Shown here one piece after another: positions 50,683 through 59,146 of a DNA stretch of 64,000 bases. The notes beneath the pieces are model-generated. The model saw nothing but the letters and a program-made list of their open reading frames with translations. It did no database searches and was not told the origin of the DNA. Location of the stretch: positions 69,382-133,381 of the forward strand of contig CAIRNR010000007.1 of assembly GCA_903879985.1 (NCBI GenBank). Reading direction: 5' to 3'. Source of the stretch: an uncultured candidate division WWE3 bacterium (GTDB taxonomy: Bacteria > Patescibacteriota > WWE3 > UBA101185 > UBA10185). A program made the position numbers and the translations under genes. Within the stretch, counting starts at the first letter, position 1. Every line of letters starts with the position of its first letter.

Positions 50683-51756
50683 TTAAAGTAAAGCTAGAAA
50701 AATACCTGCAAATGCCACAAGGATGCCAAACAATATGAAACGGAGTGTAACTTTTACCTCGGGCCAACCCAATAATTCAAAGTGATGATGGATAGGCGCC
50801 ATTCTAAATAATCTTTTTCCAGTAAATCTAACTGAAAGCTGTTGTAATGGGCTTGAAATACCATCGACCAGAAAAACCAAACCGATTACAAAAAAAGGAA
50901 CTTCTCTGTGAAGCATTATAGCTAAAATTGCCAGCGTCGCTCCCAAAACATGCGAACCAACATTTCCCATAAATATGCGCGCGGGATAAACGTTAAAGTA
51001 CAAGAAAGGCAACAAGGCACCTACAAATGTAGCACAAAATACCGCTAAAGAATTATATTGTAAAAATCTGGAGATCAACCAAAAAGATAAGAATGAAATA
51101 AAAGCTAAACTGCCAGCCAAACCATCTAGACCATCCGTAAAGGCCACAGCATTCAAAACTACTATAAACATTATGAAAACAAAAATAGGGTAGAAAAGCC
51201 CTATGTGAACATTTCCAACTAATGGAAACCAAATGAAATCCCAACCTAGCTTAAAATATGTCCAGTAAGAGATGAAGCCACCCATTAAAGCTTGAAACAA
51301 AAACTTTTGATACGTCTGAATGCCACTTGAATCAGCACTACCAACTATTCGCCACATTTCCTGAAACCAATACCAAGGCTTTAAGAAGAAATATTTTTTT
51401 GCAGATTTTTGTTTAAAAAAGTGGCCAAAGTAATATTCAAAAAATCCAGGTAACCCGGACTTTCGATATACTTTTGTAAAGTCTTCGAGCAAACCAAGTA
51501 AACCTGCGGTTGTAGCTACGAGCAATGGCAATAAGGTTTGAGTTCGTGAACGATTAAATGCAAAAGTAACAATGGCGACAGTTAAAACAAAAACCAAACC
51601 ACCCATGGTTGGCGTTCCTATTTTTAAAACGTGGGTTTGTGGACCGTCAGTTCTAACACTTTCGCCCATTTGAAACTTATAAACAAAATTAATCCAAATT
51701 GGATATAGGATAAAACTGATAACACCAGCTAAAAACACGAATAGCAAATCATACAT
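50683..51756 (-). CDS. mraY: MraY-family translocase with substituted catalytic aspartates
   Basis: GTPTMGG, TDGLDGL and MAPIHHHFE are conserved, but ED replaces DD and FMGN replaces FMGD. Confidence 0.88.
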   Translation of the reverse strand: MYDLLFVFLAGVISFILYPIWINFVYKFQMGESVRTDGPQTHVLKIGTPTMGGLVFVLTVAIVTFAFNRSRTQTLLPLLVATTAGLLGLLEDFTKVYRKSGLPGFFEYYFGHFFKQKSAKKYFFLKPWYWFQEMWRIVGSADSSGIQTYQKFLFQALMGGFISYWTYFKLGWDFIWFPLVGNVHIGLFYPIFVFIMFIVVLNAVAFTDGLDGLAGSLAFISFLSFWLISRFLQYNSLAVFCATFVGALLPFLYFNVYPARIFMGNVGSHVLGATLAILAIMLHREVPFFVIGLVFLVDGISSPLQQLSVRFTGKRLFRMAPIHHHFELLGWPEVKVTLRFILFGILVAFAGIFLALL

Positions 51757-53123
51757 TATTCCCATTGTTTCCATATTTTTGCTCCTAAGTTAATCAATTT
51801 GTCTGTAAAGTTATCTATATAGTCCTCAACAATCTCTATACCGCCTACTTCGCTTTTACCTGTACCAGTACTGTTGCCATTCCCAGACGATGGGTTTCCA
51901 GCTGCAAGTGCAGCTAATGCCAAAACAGCGCCATATCGAAAATCGGTTATATAAAACTTACCTGGTTTAAGTTTAGTCGGACCGGCAATTTTTGCAACCG
52001 TATAAGGTTCGCCTTCTTTCTCAAAATCATAGGAGTCATCGCTAATTACAGGAACCATGCCGGCTTTTGAAGGCTGTAATAAATCAATTTTGGAACCAGC
52101 TCTGTTTAGATCTCTAATAAATTCAAATCGTTTGGTGAAAACAGTATTGTGAACCAAACTTTCACCTTCTGCCTGAGTTAATAACAATGTTGCCAATGGC
52201 GCCCAGTCAGGAACAAAGCCTGGGGTAGGGGAAATTGTTAAATTTAAAGGCTGTAATGTTTCGTCGTGACGCCAAACTTTTAGCGCACGATTTTCAAATT
52301 CAAAACGCGCACCAAGCTTGTTCAGGAAGTTTACAAAAGGAATCATTACACTTTTATCGATATTATTTACTATGATATTTCCCTTGGTAATAAGTGCCGC
52401 CGTTGCAAAAGTAGCCGCCTCAATTTTGTCTGGTTGAACTTCAACGCGAGCTTCTCTGAAAATATTAGTGCCAACAACTTTAATGGTTCTTGGCTCAGTT
52501 CGTTTTATATCAACTCCCATATCGACCAACAGCTTTATTAAATCGTCAATTTCACTTTCTTCCGAGGCATTACTGATGGTAGTTTCACCAACAACAAAAG
52601 CGGCACACAATATTGCGTTATCTGTAGCCAAATGACTTGTTACCTTAAACATTATGGAAGCCGGATGTATAGCATCGGCAGATAATTTCCAAAAGTCATC
52701 GTCCTCACCAATAGTTATTCCAAATGATTTCCATGTGTCCAAAATACGATTAACAGGTAAAACTTGATAAAGTGTACTTTTATATTTTGGAATTAATGCT
52801 TTACCAAATCTAAACAACAAAGGACCTGCCATTAATAGTGCTGTTCTAAAACGAGTACCTACTGCCAAGGGAACTTCAAAAGAATTTATCTGTGAACCAT
52901 TAATCATTAATCTGTTACTACCTGTCCATTCAGCAATAGCACCAACGCTTTTTACTATTTCAATATCATCAAGGATAGATTGTGTTCGAGGAACATTTTC
53001 AATAACTGTATCTTCATTAGAGAAAAGGGCGGCTATAACAAGTTTTAATGCGGAATTTCTAGCGCCTGAAACATTTACTGTTCCTATTAGAGGATTTCCA
53101 CCTTCAACCAAAATACTTGGCAT
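51756..53123 (-). CDS. murA: MurA-fold protein lacking key catalytic residues
   Basis: Full-length MurA-like (GARNSAL, PDKIE, PGFVPD, TDFR), but the PGGCxIGxRP loop is replaced by KYKSTLYQVLP. Confidence 0.85.
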   Translation of the reverse strand: MPSILVEGGNPLIGTVNVSGARNSALKLVIAALFSNEDTVIENVPRTQSILDDIEIVKSVGAIAEWTGSNRLMINGSQINSFEVPLAVGTRFRTALLMAGPLLFRFGKALIPKYKSTLYQVLPVNRILDTWKSFGITIGEDDDFWKLSADAIHPASIMFKVTSHLATDNAILCAAFVVGETTISNASEESEIDDLIKLLVDMGVDIKRTEPRTIKVVGTNIFREARVEVQPDKIEAATFATAALITKGNIIVNNIDKSVMIPFVNFLNKLGARFEFENRALKVWRHDETLQPLNLTISPTPGFVPDWAPLATLLLTQAEGESLVHNTVFTKRFEFIRDLNRAGSKIDLLQPSKAGMVPVISDDSYDFEKEGEPYTVAKIAGPTKLKPGKFYITDFRYGAVLALAALAAGNPSSGNGNSTGTGKSEVGGIEIVEDYIDNFTDKLINLGAKIWKQWE

Positions 53124-53124
53124 A

Positions 53125-53349
53125 TTAAGATAGGGTAATCAAGAGCAGGGAATTAAGTACTAACATAACTCCCGCAACGATTGTTGTTGTGAAAACTATC
53201 TTTTCAACACCACGTAACGATCGGTACATGCTAAAGGAACTTTTTAGTCCATAAGCTAAACCTGCATTCTTTGATTGCATAAGTACTAGTGCTGTTAATA
53301 AGACACCTAAAAAAACTTGAGCTATTTTTGATATTAATAAGTAATTCAT
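53125..53349 (-). CDS. secG: Preprotein translocase SecG
   Basis: LVLMQSKNAGL..RGVEK with two TM helices. Confidence 0.85.
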   Translation of the reverse strand: MNYLLISKIAQVFLGVLLTALVLMQSKNAGLAYGLKSSFSMYRSLRGVEKIVFTTTIVAGVMLVLNSLLLITLS

Positions 53350-53359
53350 TATATTGTTC

Positions 53360-53773
53360 CTACTTTTTTCCAGAACTTAAATAACCTAAAAAGCTATAAG
53401 TCAAACTTACAAGTGATGACCCTATAACACCTGACCAAAATCCTGTAAGGCTTTTAGATGGTAGCATAAAGCCGAAAATTAGCAAATTGACAGTCTTTGT
53501 AGCCATAAAACTAAACGCAGGAATAAACAAAGTTAACACGTACAAAATCACAAAAGTTAAAATTAAATTAAATATTAATCCGCCTAGACCTTTGTAAGGG
53601 AGGTTAATCATGGCTAAAACAGGGGTAAGAGCTACATATAATAGAGTAAGAGCCAATACTATAAAAAGGTAATTTTTAAGGTATGGCTGGCCAAAGTCGA
53701 ATGTTGAGAGAAGATATTGAGAAAAACGTACAGCCACAGCTGTAAATACGAATATTCGCAGGATTGCTTTCAT
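53360..53773 (-). CDS. 4-TM phage-holin-like (DUF360-like) membrane protein
   Basis: Four hydrophobic helices; LTPVLAMINLP..GLGGLIFNL motif. Confidence 0.6.
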   Translation of the reverse strand: MKAILRIFVFTAVAVRFSQYLLSTFDFGQPYLKNYLFIVLALTLLYVALTPVLAMINLPYKGLGGLIFNLILTFVILYVLTLFIPAFSFMATKTVNLLIFGFMLPSKSLTGFWSGVIGSSLVSLTYSFLGYLSSGKK

Positions 53774-53831
53774 GTATTTATGATAGCAGTTTTGGTTAAG
53801 TGACACCAGTAAGGGCAGGTTGTTACAGTGG

Positions 53832-53868
53832 CTATAGGTTGGACAGACAGAGATTTTAAGATTATAAT
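53832..53868 (+). promoter_or_regulatory. Cassette promoter 1
   Basis: CTATAG GT TGGACA-N17-TATAAT. Confidence 0.7.
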
Positions 53869-53923
53869 GGCGGCAATTGCTAGTGAATTCATAATATAAA
53901 TACCAAAATATCTTGGAGGGATA

Positions 53924-54304
53924 ATGGGACCATCAAAATCTTTTAAGAATCTTAGCGCAAAAATACCAGAGCTTTTGCCAACGGATGCTGTGGAAATAAC
54001 GGACACACGGAATCCAAACTATGTAGCCAAATGGCGCGCTTGTGGCATAACTTTCAGTTTGGACGAAACGCGGGACACCCACCACATGAGCCTCGACGTT
54101 TACATCAGCAACAGGGCCAGCCCAGAAGCAATTGACTGGAACAAGGTCGAGGAAATAGTAAAGAAGGTTGCCGATGCTTACACACAAGCATGCAGAGCAA
54201 AAAGGCAAAACGCATCCATGAATTGCTCTGCCTGGGTAAATACGCGAAATAAAAACTGGTTTCCTTGTCTGATGCAAAAGTTGCAGGAACAGCTTACAGA
54301 TTAG
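53924..54304 (+). CDS. Orphan cassette protein A1 (paralog of 54481..54864)
   Basis: GGAGGG SD; colinear with the next ORF (Y.AKW..GI..SL.E..H..LDV.I..DW..Y..AC..C..V.T...NW). Confidence 0.8.
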   Translation: MGPSKSFKNLSAKIPELLPTDAVEITDTRNPNYVAKWRACGITFSLDETRDTHHMSLDVYISNRASPEAIDWNKVEEIVKKVADAYTQACRAKRQNASMNCSAWVNTRNKNWFPCLMQKLQEQLTD

Positions 54305-54320
54305 GAATAACCGGCATATG

Positions 54321-54362
54321 AGGATCTATATAGCTAAAAGCTGCATAGGTCCTTATTTTTTT
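54321..54362 (+). terminator. Cassette terminator 1
   Basis: AGGATCTATATAGC-TAAAA-GCTGCATAGGTCCT followed by TATTTTTTT. Confidence 0.75.
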
Positions 54363-54390
54363 GCGCACAATCGGTAGCGCATTACCAACG

Positions 54391-54426
54391 CTATAGGTTG
54401 ACCGAATACGCTTTTTACATTATAAT
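54391..54426 (+). promoter_or_regulatory. Cassette promoter 2
   Basis: CTATAG G TTGACC-N17-TATAAT. Confidence 0.75.
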
Positions 54427-54480
54427 AGCGCCAGTTATCAATGTTTTCTTATTCAATACCATAAAAACCATGGAGGGAAT

Positions 54481-54864
54481 ATGGCCGCGTCAAGGGAATT
54501 TAAAATACTTAGAAGCAAGATCAAATCAATCATGCTGGTTCAAACAGTCGAAATGTTCGACAAGGAAAAAGAATATTACAAGGCAAAATGGCTACATCGG
54601 GGAATCGTGATTTCTTTAAGTGAAATGGTACGTAATCACACGCTTCTATTGGATGTCTGCATCAACCCAAACGTTCCGCTACCAGAAGTCTACGACTGGG
54701 AAGGCATCTCGAAATCACTAAAGATACTTGTGCAAAAGTATCTGGATGCGTGCAAACACATCGGTATGGACCCCGCCGTAGTTTGTAATGGGTTCGTACC
54801 AACAAATAAGGAAAATTGGATTGATGATTTGATTGCCCGTCTTAAAAAGCAACTAAGGCAGTAA
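54481..54864 (+). CDS. Orphan cassette protein A2
   Basis: GGAGGG SD; paralog of 53924..54304. Confidence 0.8.
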   Translation: MAASREFKILRSKIKSIMLVQTVEMFDKEKEYYKAKWLHRGIVISLSEMVRNHTLLLDVCINPNVPLPEVYDWEGISKSLKILVQKYLDACKHIGMDPAVVCNGFVPTNKENWIDDLIARLKKQLRQ

Positions 54865-54887
54865 TCAATAAGTCTATCCGGTAACAA

Positions 54888-54929
54888 AAGACCTATTACG
54901 CCAAAAGCTTAATGGGTCTTATTTTTTTT
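54888..54929 (+). terminator. Cassette terminator 2
   Basis: AAGACCTATTA..TAATGGGTCTT followed by ATTTTTTTT. Confidence 0.75.
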
Positions 54930-54942
54930 CAAGAGTATTCGG

Positions 54943-54978
54943 CTATAGGTTGCCATATTACCGATTTCAAGATATAAT
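54943..54978 (+). promoter_or_regulatory. Cassette promoter 3
   Basis: CTATAG G TTGCCA-N17-TATAAT. Confidence 0.75.
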
Positions 54979-55026
54979 CCCAGTAACAATAAAACAGTAG
55001 TTAAAACAAATCTAAGGAGGTGAAAA

Positions 55027-55335
55027 ATGTACGACACCGCACGCAAACTGGCAAATGCCCAGCTATCATCCGAAAATATTGAACTTGGAGTTTTTAACAA
55101 ACATCCGGGCAACAGGAACATGATGATCATATCGGTTTCTGTCATTCAACCAGGAAAGGATTCCACAAAGGAGAAGCCCACTTTCGAAACAATCCTTGCA
55201 TCCTTAACCTTTGATATCAATACTTTGGAAATCAAATGGACCAGTAACAGTGCCTTTATTTCAGAAGCCAAAATTGCAACAACTGAGGCAGCGGTTAAAA
55301 GTCTACTGGAGCTTGAATTTCAACGCGTTTTCTAA
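55027..55335 (+). CDS. Orphan cassette protein B
   Basis: Perfect TAAGGAGGTGA SD, with its own promoter and terminator. Confidence 0.75.
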   Translation: MYDTARKLANAQLSSENIELGVFNKHPGNRNMMIISVSVIQPGKDSTKEKPTFETILASLTFDINTLEIKWTSNSAFISEAKIATTEAAVKSLLELEFQRVF

Positions 55336-55341
55336 CACCAC

Positions 55342-55380
55342 AAAAACCCATTACCAAAAAATAATGGGTTTTTCTTTTTT
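55342..55380 (+). terminator. Cassette terminator 3 (possibly bidirectional with uvrC)
   Basis: AAAAACCCATTA..TAATGGGTTTTT followed by CTTTTTT. Confidence 0.75.
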
Positions 55381-55404
55381 CCAACATCAATAATTCCAAA
55401 TACC

Positions 55405-56766
55405 TTACACAGACCTAATCAACTTACTTCTTAACAAATGATGATACTTTTGAGCAAACCTATGAGCCTCATCACGCAACGTAATAACCAAGCGTAAACC
55501 TAGGTTGTCTTTTGGCAAACTTACTTCAAAAAACTCACCATCTTTTTTATAAACTAAAGTTTCAAATTTCTTAGCGATACCAATCACAGGTAAGTGGAAA
55601 TCCAAAAAATCCATTGCAGCCAGCACCGCCGAAATTTGACCCTTACCACCATCAAGAATAATTAAATCGGGCAATCTCCATTTTTCCTTATCGGCAGTAA
55701 TTGCTTTTTCACGTTTTAAACGGCGATATAAAACTTCGTGCATCATGTCAAAGTCGTCTGGGGAATCCTTAAACTTTATTTTAAATTTGCGATATTGGCT
55801 TTTATCAATACGCCCATCTGTAGCAACCACCATTGAACCAACAGCTTCCTTTCCGGAGATGTTGGAAATGTCATAGCATTCAATTCTCAAAGGTGGGTGA
55901 GTGATATTTGGTAAAACGGCCACCAATTCGTCTAACGCCTTAAGTGCTAAGTCGTCCAGCAAATATGGATTTTCAACATATTCTTCAACACCTCTAAAAG
56001 TTTGACGAACGTAATTAAATTTTTCTAAAATATTTCGATACTTTATTGCTGTTTCATAATCCTCAGATTGAGAAGCTTGATCCATTTTGCGTTTTAATTC
56101 ATTTAATATCGCCGAAGCGTCGCCGGCCAAAATTCTATTTATTTTTTCAAAGTTATTTTTATATTCATGAAGGTCTTGTTCGGAATTATTAACGCACGGT
56201 GCCGGACATGCCTTTATATGACCATACAAGCAGGGGCTTCCTAATTTATGATATCTATTGAACTTACCGGTAGTGCAATCCCTAAATGGAAAGATCTTAC
56301 GTAACGTTTTAATGACATACTTTGCCGTGGTTCCGTCTGGATATGGGCCAAAGTATGTATCTTTAGGTAGAAGAGTGGTTTTCCTTGCAGACATAAGAAC
56401 CGGTACCGAAACCGGTTTGCCGTTAATTTCAACTTTTTCATTTCTAATTACAATATATAAATAAGATTTATCGTCTTTTAATAAAATATTATAAACGGGG
56501 AGATATTTTTTGATTAATTCCGCCTCCAGCAAAAGTGCCTCGAACTCAGATTCCACCAAGATTGTGTCGATGTCGTTAATCCTTTGGACCAAGGCGTAGG
56601 TCTTGGAACGTTTGTCTAAATTGCCGGAAAAGTACGAGGATACGCGGTTTTTAAGGCTTTTTGCCTTGCCGACATATATGATTTCACCCGTTTCATCCTT
56701 ATAAATGTAGACGCCGGGTTGCTTAGGCAGATTCTTAACTTTTTCGAGCACATTTGTGCTAGCCAT
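55405..56766 (-). CDS. uvrC: Excinuclease ABC subunit C (GIY-YIG, UVR, RNase H-like; no HhH tail)
   Basis: Motifs PGVYIY..IYVGKAKSL, IECYDISN, ILDGGKGQ and LRDEAHRFA. Confidence 0.95.
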   Translation of the reverse strand: MASTNVLEKVKNLPKQPGVYIYKDETGEIIYVGKAKSLKNRVSSYFSGNLDKRSKTYALVQRINDIDTILVESEFEALLLEAELIKKYLPVYNILLKDDKSYLYIVIRNEKVEINGKPVSVPVLMSARKTTLLPKDTYFGPYPDGTTAKYVIKTLRKIFPFRDCTTGKFNRYHKLGSPCLYGHIKACPAPCVNNSEQDLHEYKNNFEKINRILAGDASAILNELKRKMDQASQSEDYETAIKYRNILEKFNYVRQTFRGVEEYVENPYLLDDLALKALDELVAVLPNITHPPLRIECYDISNISGKEAVGSMVVATDGRIDKSQYRKFKIKFKDSPDDFDMMHEVLYRRLKREKAITADKEKWRLPDLIILDGGKGQISAVLAAMDFLDFHLPVIGIAKKFETLVYKKDGEFFEVSLPKDNLGLRLVITLRDEAHRFAQKYHHLLRSKLIRSV

Positions 56767-56788
56767 AAACTTATTGTAGCATTCAGGT

Positions 56789-58541
56789 ATGCAAAGTTAT
56801 CGGAAAAAACTTAACCTCACTTTTCTAGGAATAACTGCAATAGTTGCAACCTTTTTAATGGCAAATATCAACGCGAAACCTGTAAAAGCAGCCTCTGGTC
56901 AACAATTCACAATAGACTACGACATTTCTTACGACGTGCAGGAAGATGGACACACGTTGGTCACCCAAAACACAACAATAACAAACCAAGCTAACGATGT
57001 TGTACCAACAACTTACTCTTTTAGTACAAAACACACTGATATGTATGACGTAACCGCACAAGTAAATGGAAAAGTTGTAGAAGCCAGCAAAACATCTTCC
57101 TCAACCGACGGAGTAACCGAAACTTTAGTAAATATTCCAATAGTAAATTTTGCCATAGGACAAGGTCGCCAAAATAAAATTACACTTAAATACAGCACCG
57201 GCGATATTGCAGGAAAAGTCGGTAATATATGGAATACAAACATTCCAAGAATTAATATCCCCGACACAACAGTTTTATACAACGTAAGATTGGCAGTCCC
57301 CCAAAAGTTTGGGCCAAAAATCTATCTATCCCCTACTCCGGTGATAGAAAAAACCGAAGGAACAAGCACAGCCTATTACTTTACAAAAGAATCCTTTGTA
57401 GATAAAGGAATAACCGGAAGTTTTGGTACATTTCAAGCCTTAAATTTTAAATTAAAATATCAGCTGGAAAACACCATGATTATTCCCTCACTGTATGAAA
57501 TTGCATTACCACCTGACATAAAAGACCTTCAGCAAATCAGATATGATCAAATATCGCCGGCCCCACAGAATATTTCGATAGATAAAGACGGAAACGCTAT
57601 GGCAACTTTTAGAATGTGGCCAAGGCAAAAACTTGAGGTAACAGTTGTCGGTTCGGCAAGAGTTTCCGGCAGACAAATTAGTACAGCCTTCGGTGGAAAA
57701 TTTTCCGAATTACCTGCAACCTTAGTCAAAGAAGAAACTCAAGCCCAAAAATATTGGGAAGTAAACTCACCAGGTATCCAAGACATGGCAAAATCACTTA
57801 AAGATCCAAACAAAAATGTTATTGAAAACGCCAAAAAGGTTTATGACTTCATCACAAAGAACTTTTCTTACAACTATGACGCCATTAAAGAAGACTCTGT
57901 GCAACGAAACGGTGCCTTAGCCACTTTAACTCAGAAAGGACCTTGGACATGCATGGAATTCACAGACGCTTTTGTGGCAATATCAAGAGCTATGGGCATT
58001 CCCGCGCGAGAAATTAACGGCTATGCTTTTACAACCGACGAAAGTAACAAACCTTTATCCATAAGTTTAAAAGGTGGCGACTTACTCCATTCGTGGGCTG
58101 AATTTTATGACCCATTTTACGGATGGATTCAAATAGATCCAACTTGGGGAACAACATCCGGAGTTGATTACTTTACCAAACTTGATACCAGTCATTTTGC
58201 GTTTGTTATAAAAGGAAAAAGCTCGGAATACCCATTCCCCTGCAGGAAGTTATCGTTACAGCGACGACGAGCGATTAGTTGAAGTAGATTACGCGCAAAA
58301 TACTAACGACGATATTTATAAACCACGAATAACCATAAAAAAGGTTTTCAATTTTAACCTGTATCAATGGATTAGAGGAAACGCACGATATAGCGTTAAA
58401 AACGTTGGTGGCGTTTTCATTTACAATCTTCAAGGTAAAACTTTAGCGCCCAATCAAGAAACAACTATTTACCTGCCGAAGAACTCAGCAATTGTTACAT
58501 ATACCGACTCAAACGGTAATATCGTAAACACAGCTTTATAA
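56789..58541 (+). CDS. Secreted transglutaminase-like domain protein, +1 frameshift at 58237-58240
   Basis: Catalytic triad CMEF / HSW / DPTWG. Removing one C from the CCCC run gives EYPFPAGSYRY... open to TAA at 58539-58541. Confidence 0.75.
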
Positions 58542-58609
58542 GTACTATGAGCCCGAGAATGGTGTTATAATTCCCCAAAATCTGCAATATCTATAGAAAA
58601 GGAGTAGTT

Positions 58610-58882
58610 ATGCCAGTAGAAAACAATTTAATTTTAGCTGATGTTATCGCTTTGGCGCTCAAGCAAGAAAAGGGAAAGAAACACTGCTACAACCTGGTGG
58701 CCGGCACGCATGCAAATGGTATTATCGTCGAAAAAGCCCTGGGAGAAGTTGCCGGATACTTTGATATTGAAATCAAGGAGGATGGCAAGTTGTTGATCCT
58801 AACTTTGCTGCGCGAACTACCCGCGATCTCTCAACCTGAGGCACAACACCAAACCGCGCCCAACGTCGTGGACGAAATCTAA
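58610..58882 (+). CDS. Small orphan protein
   Basis: AAAAGGAG SD; extended -10 TGTTATAAT at ~58563-58571. Confidence 0.6.
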   Translation: MPVENNLILADVIALALKQEKGKKHCYNLVAGTHANGIIVEKALGEVAGYFDIEIKEDGKLLILTLLRELPAISQPEAQHQTAPNVVDEI

Positions 58883-58918
58883 AGAAAGACATAAAAATAT
58901 AAAGGGAAGGAGGAGAAA

Positions 58919-59110
58919 ATGCCTATATCCTTGGAACAGTTTTTAGAAGAATTGGAAACAATGCACATTCAAGGAAACGGAGAGTTTGATCTGGATACGG
59001 ATTTTCGACGCGCGCGATTAATCGAGATTCTTTACGACCGCTTCCCGGACAAACGCTTCATAATCTCGCAACCGTATCTTTGCCATGTACAAATTCGGCG
59101 AGTGAGCTAA
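58919..59110 (+). CDS. Small orphan protein
   Basis: AAGGAGGAG SD directly upstream. Confidence 0.55.
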   Translation: MPISLEQFLEELETMHIQGNGEFDLDTDFRRARLIEILYDRFPDKRFIISQPYLCHVQIRRVS

Positions 59111-59146
59111 GTGAAACAAGCACGCCCAAACAGACTCCGCACAGAC

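Noticed and set aside
53360-53773. Prophage implied by the holin-like gene
   Set aside because: This is a common chromosomal 4-TM family lying among core genes, with no phage genes nearby.
53832-55380. Integron attC array
   Set aside because: There are no RYYYAAC/GTTRRRY-bounded palindromes, the cassettes have their own promoters and terminators, and no integrase is present in the window.
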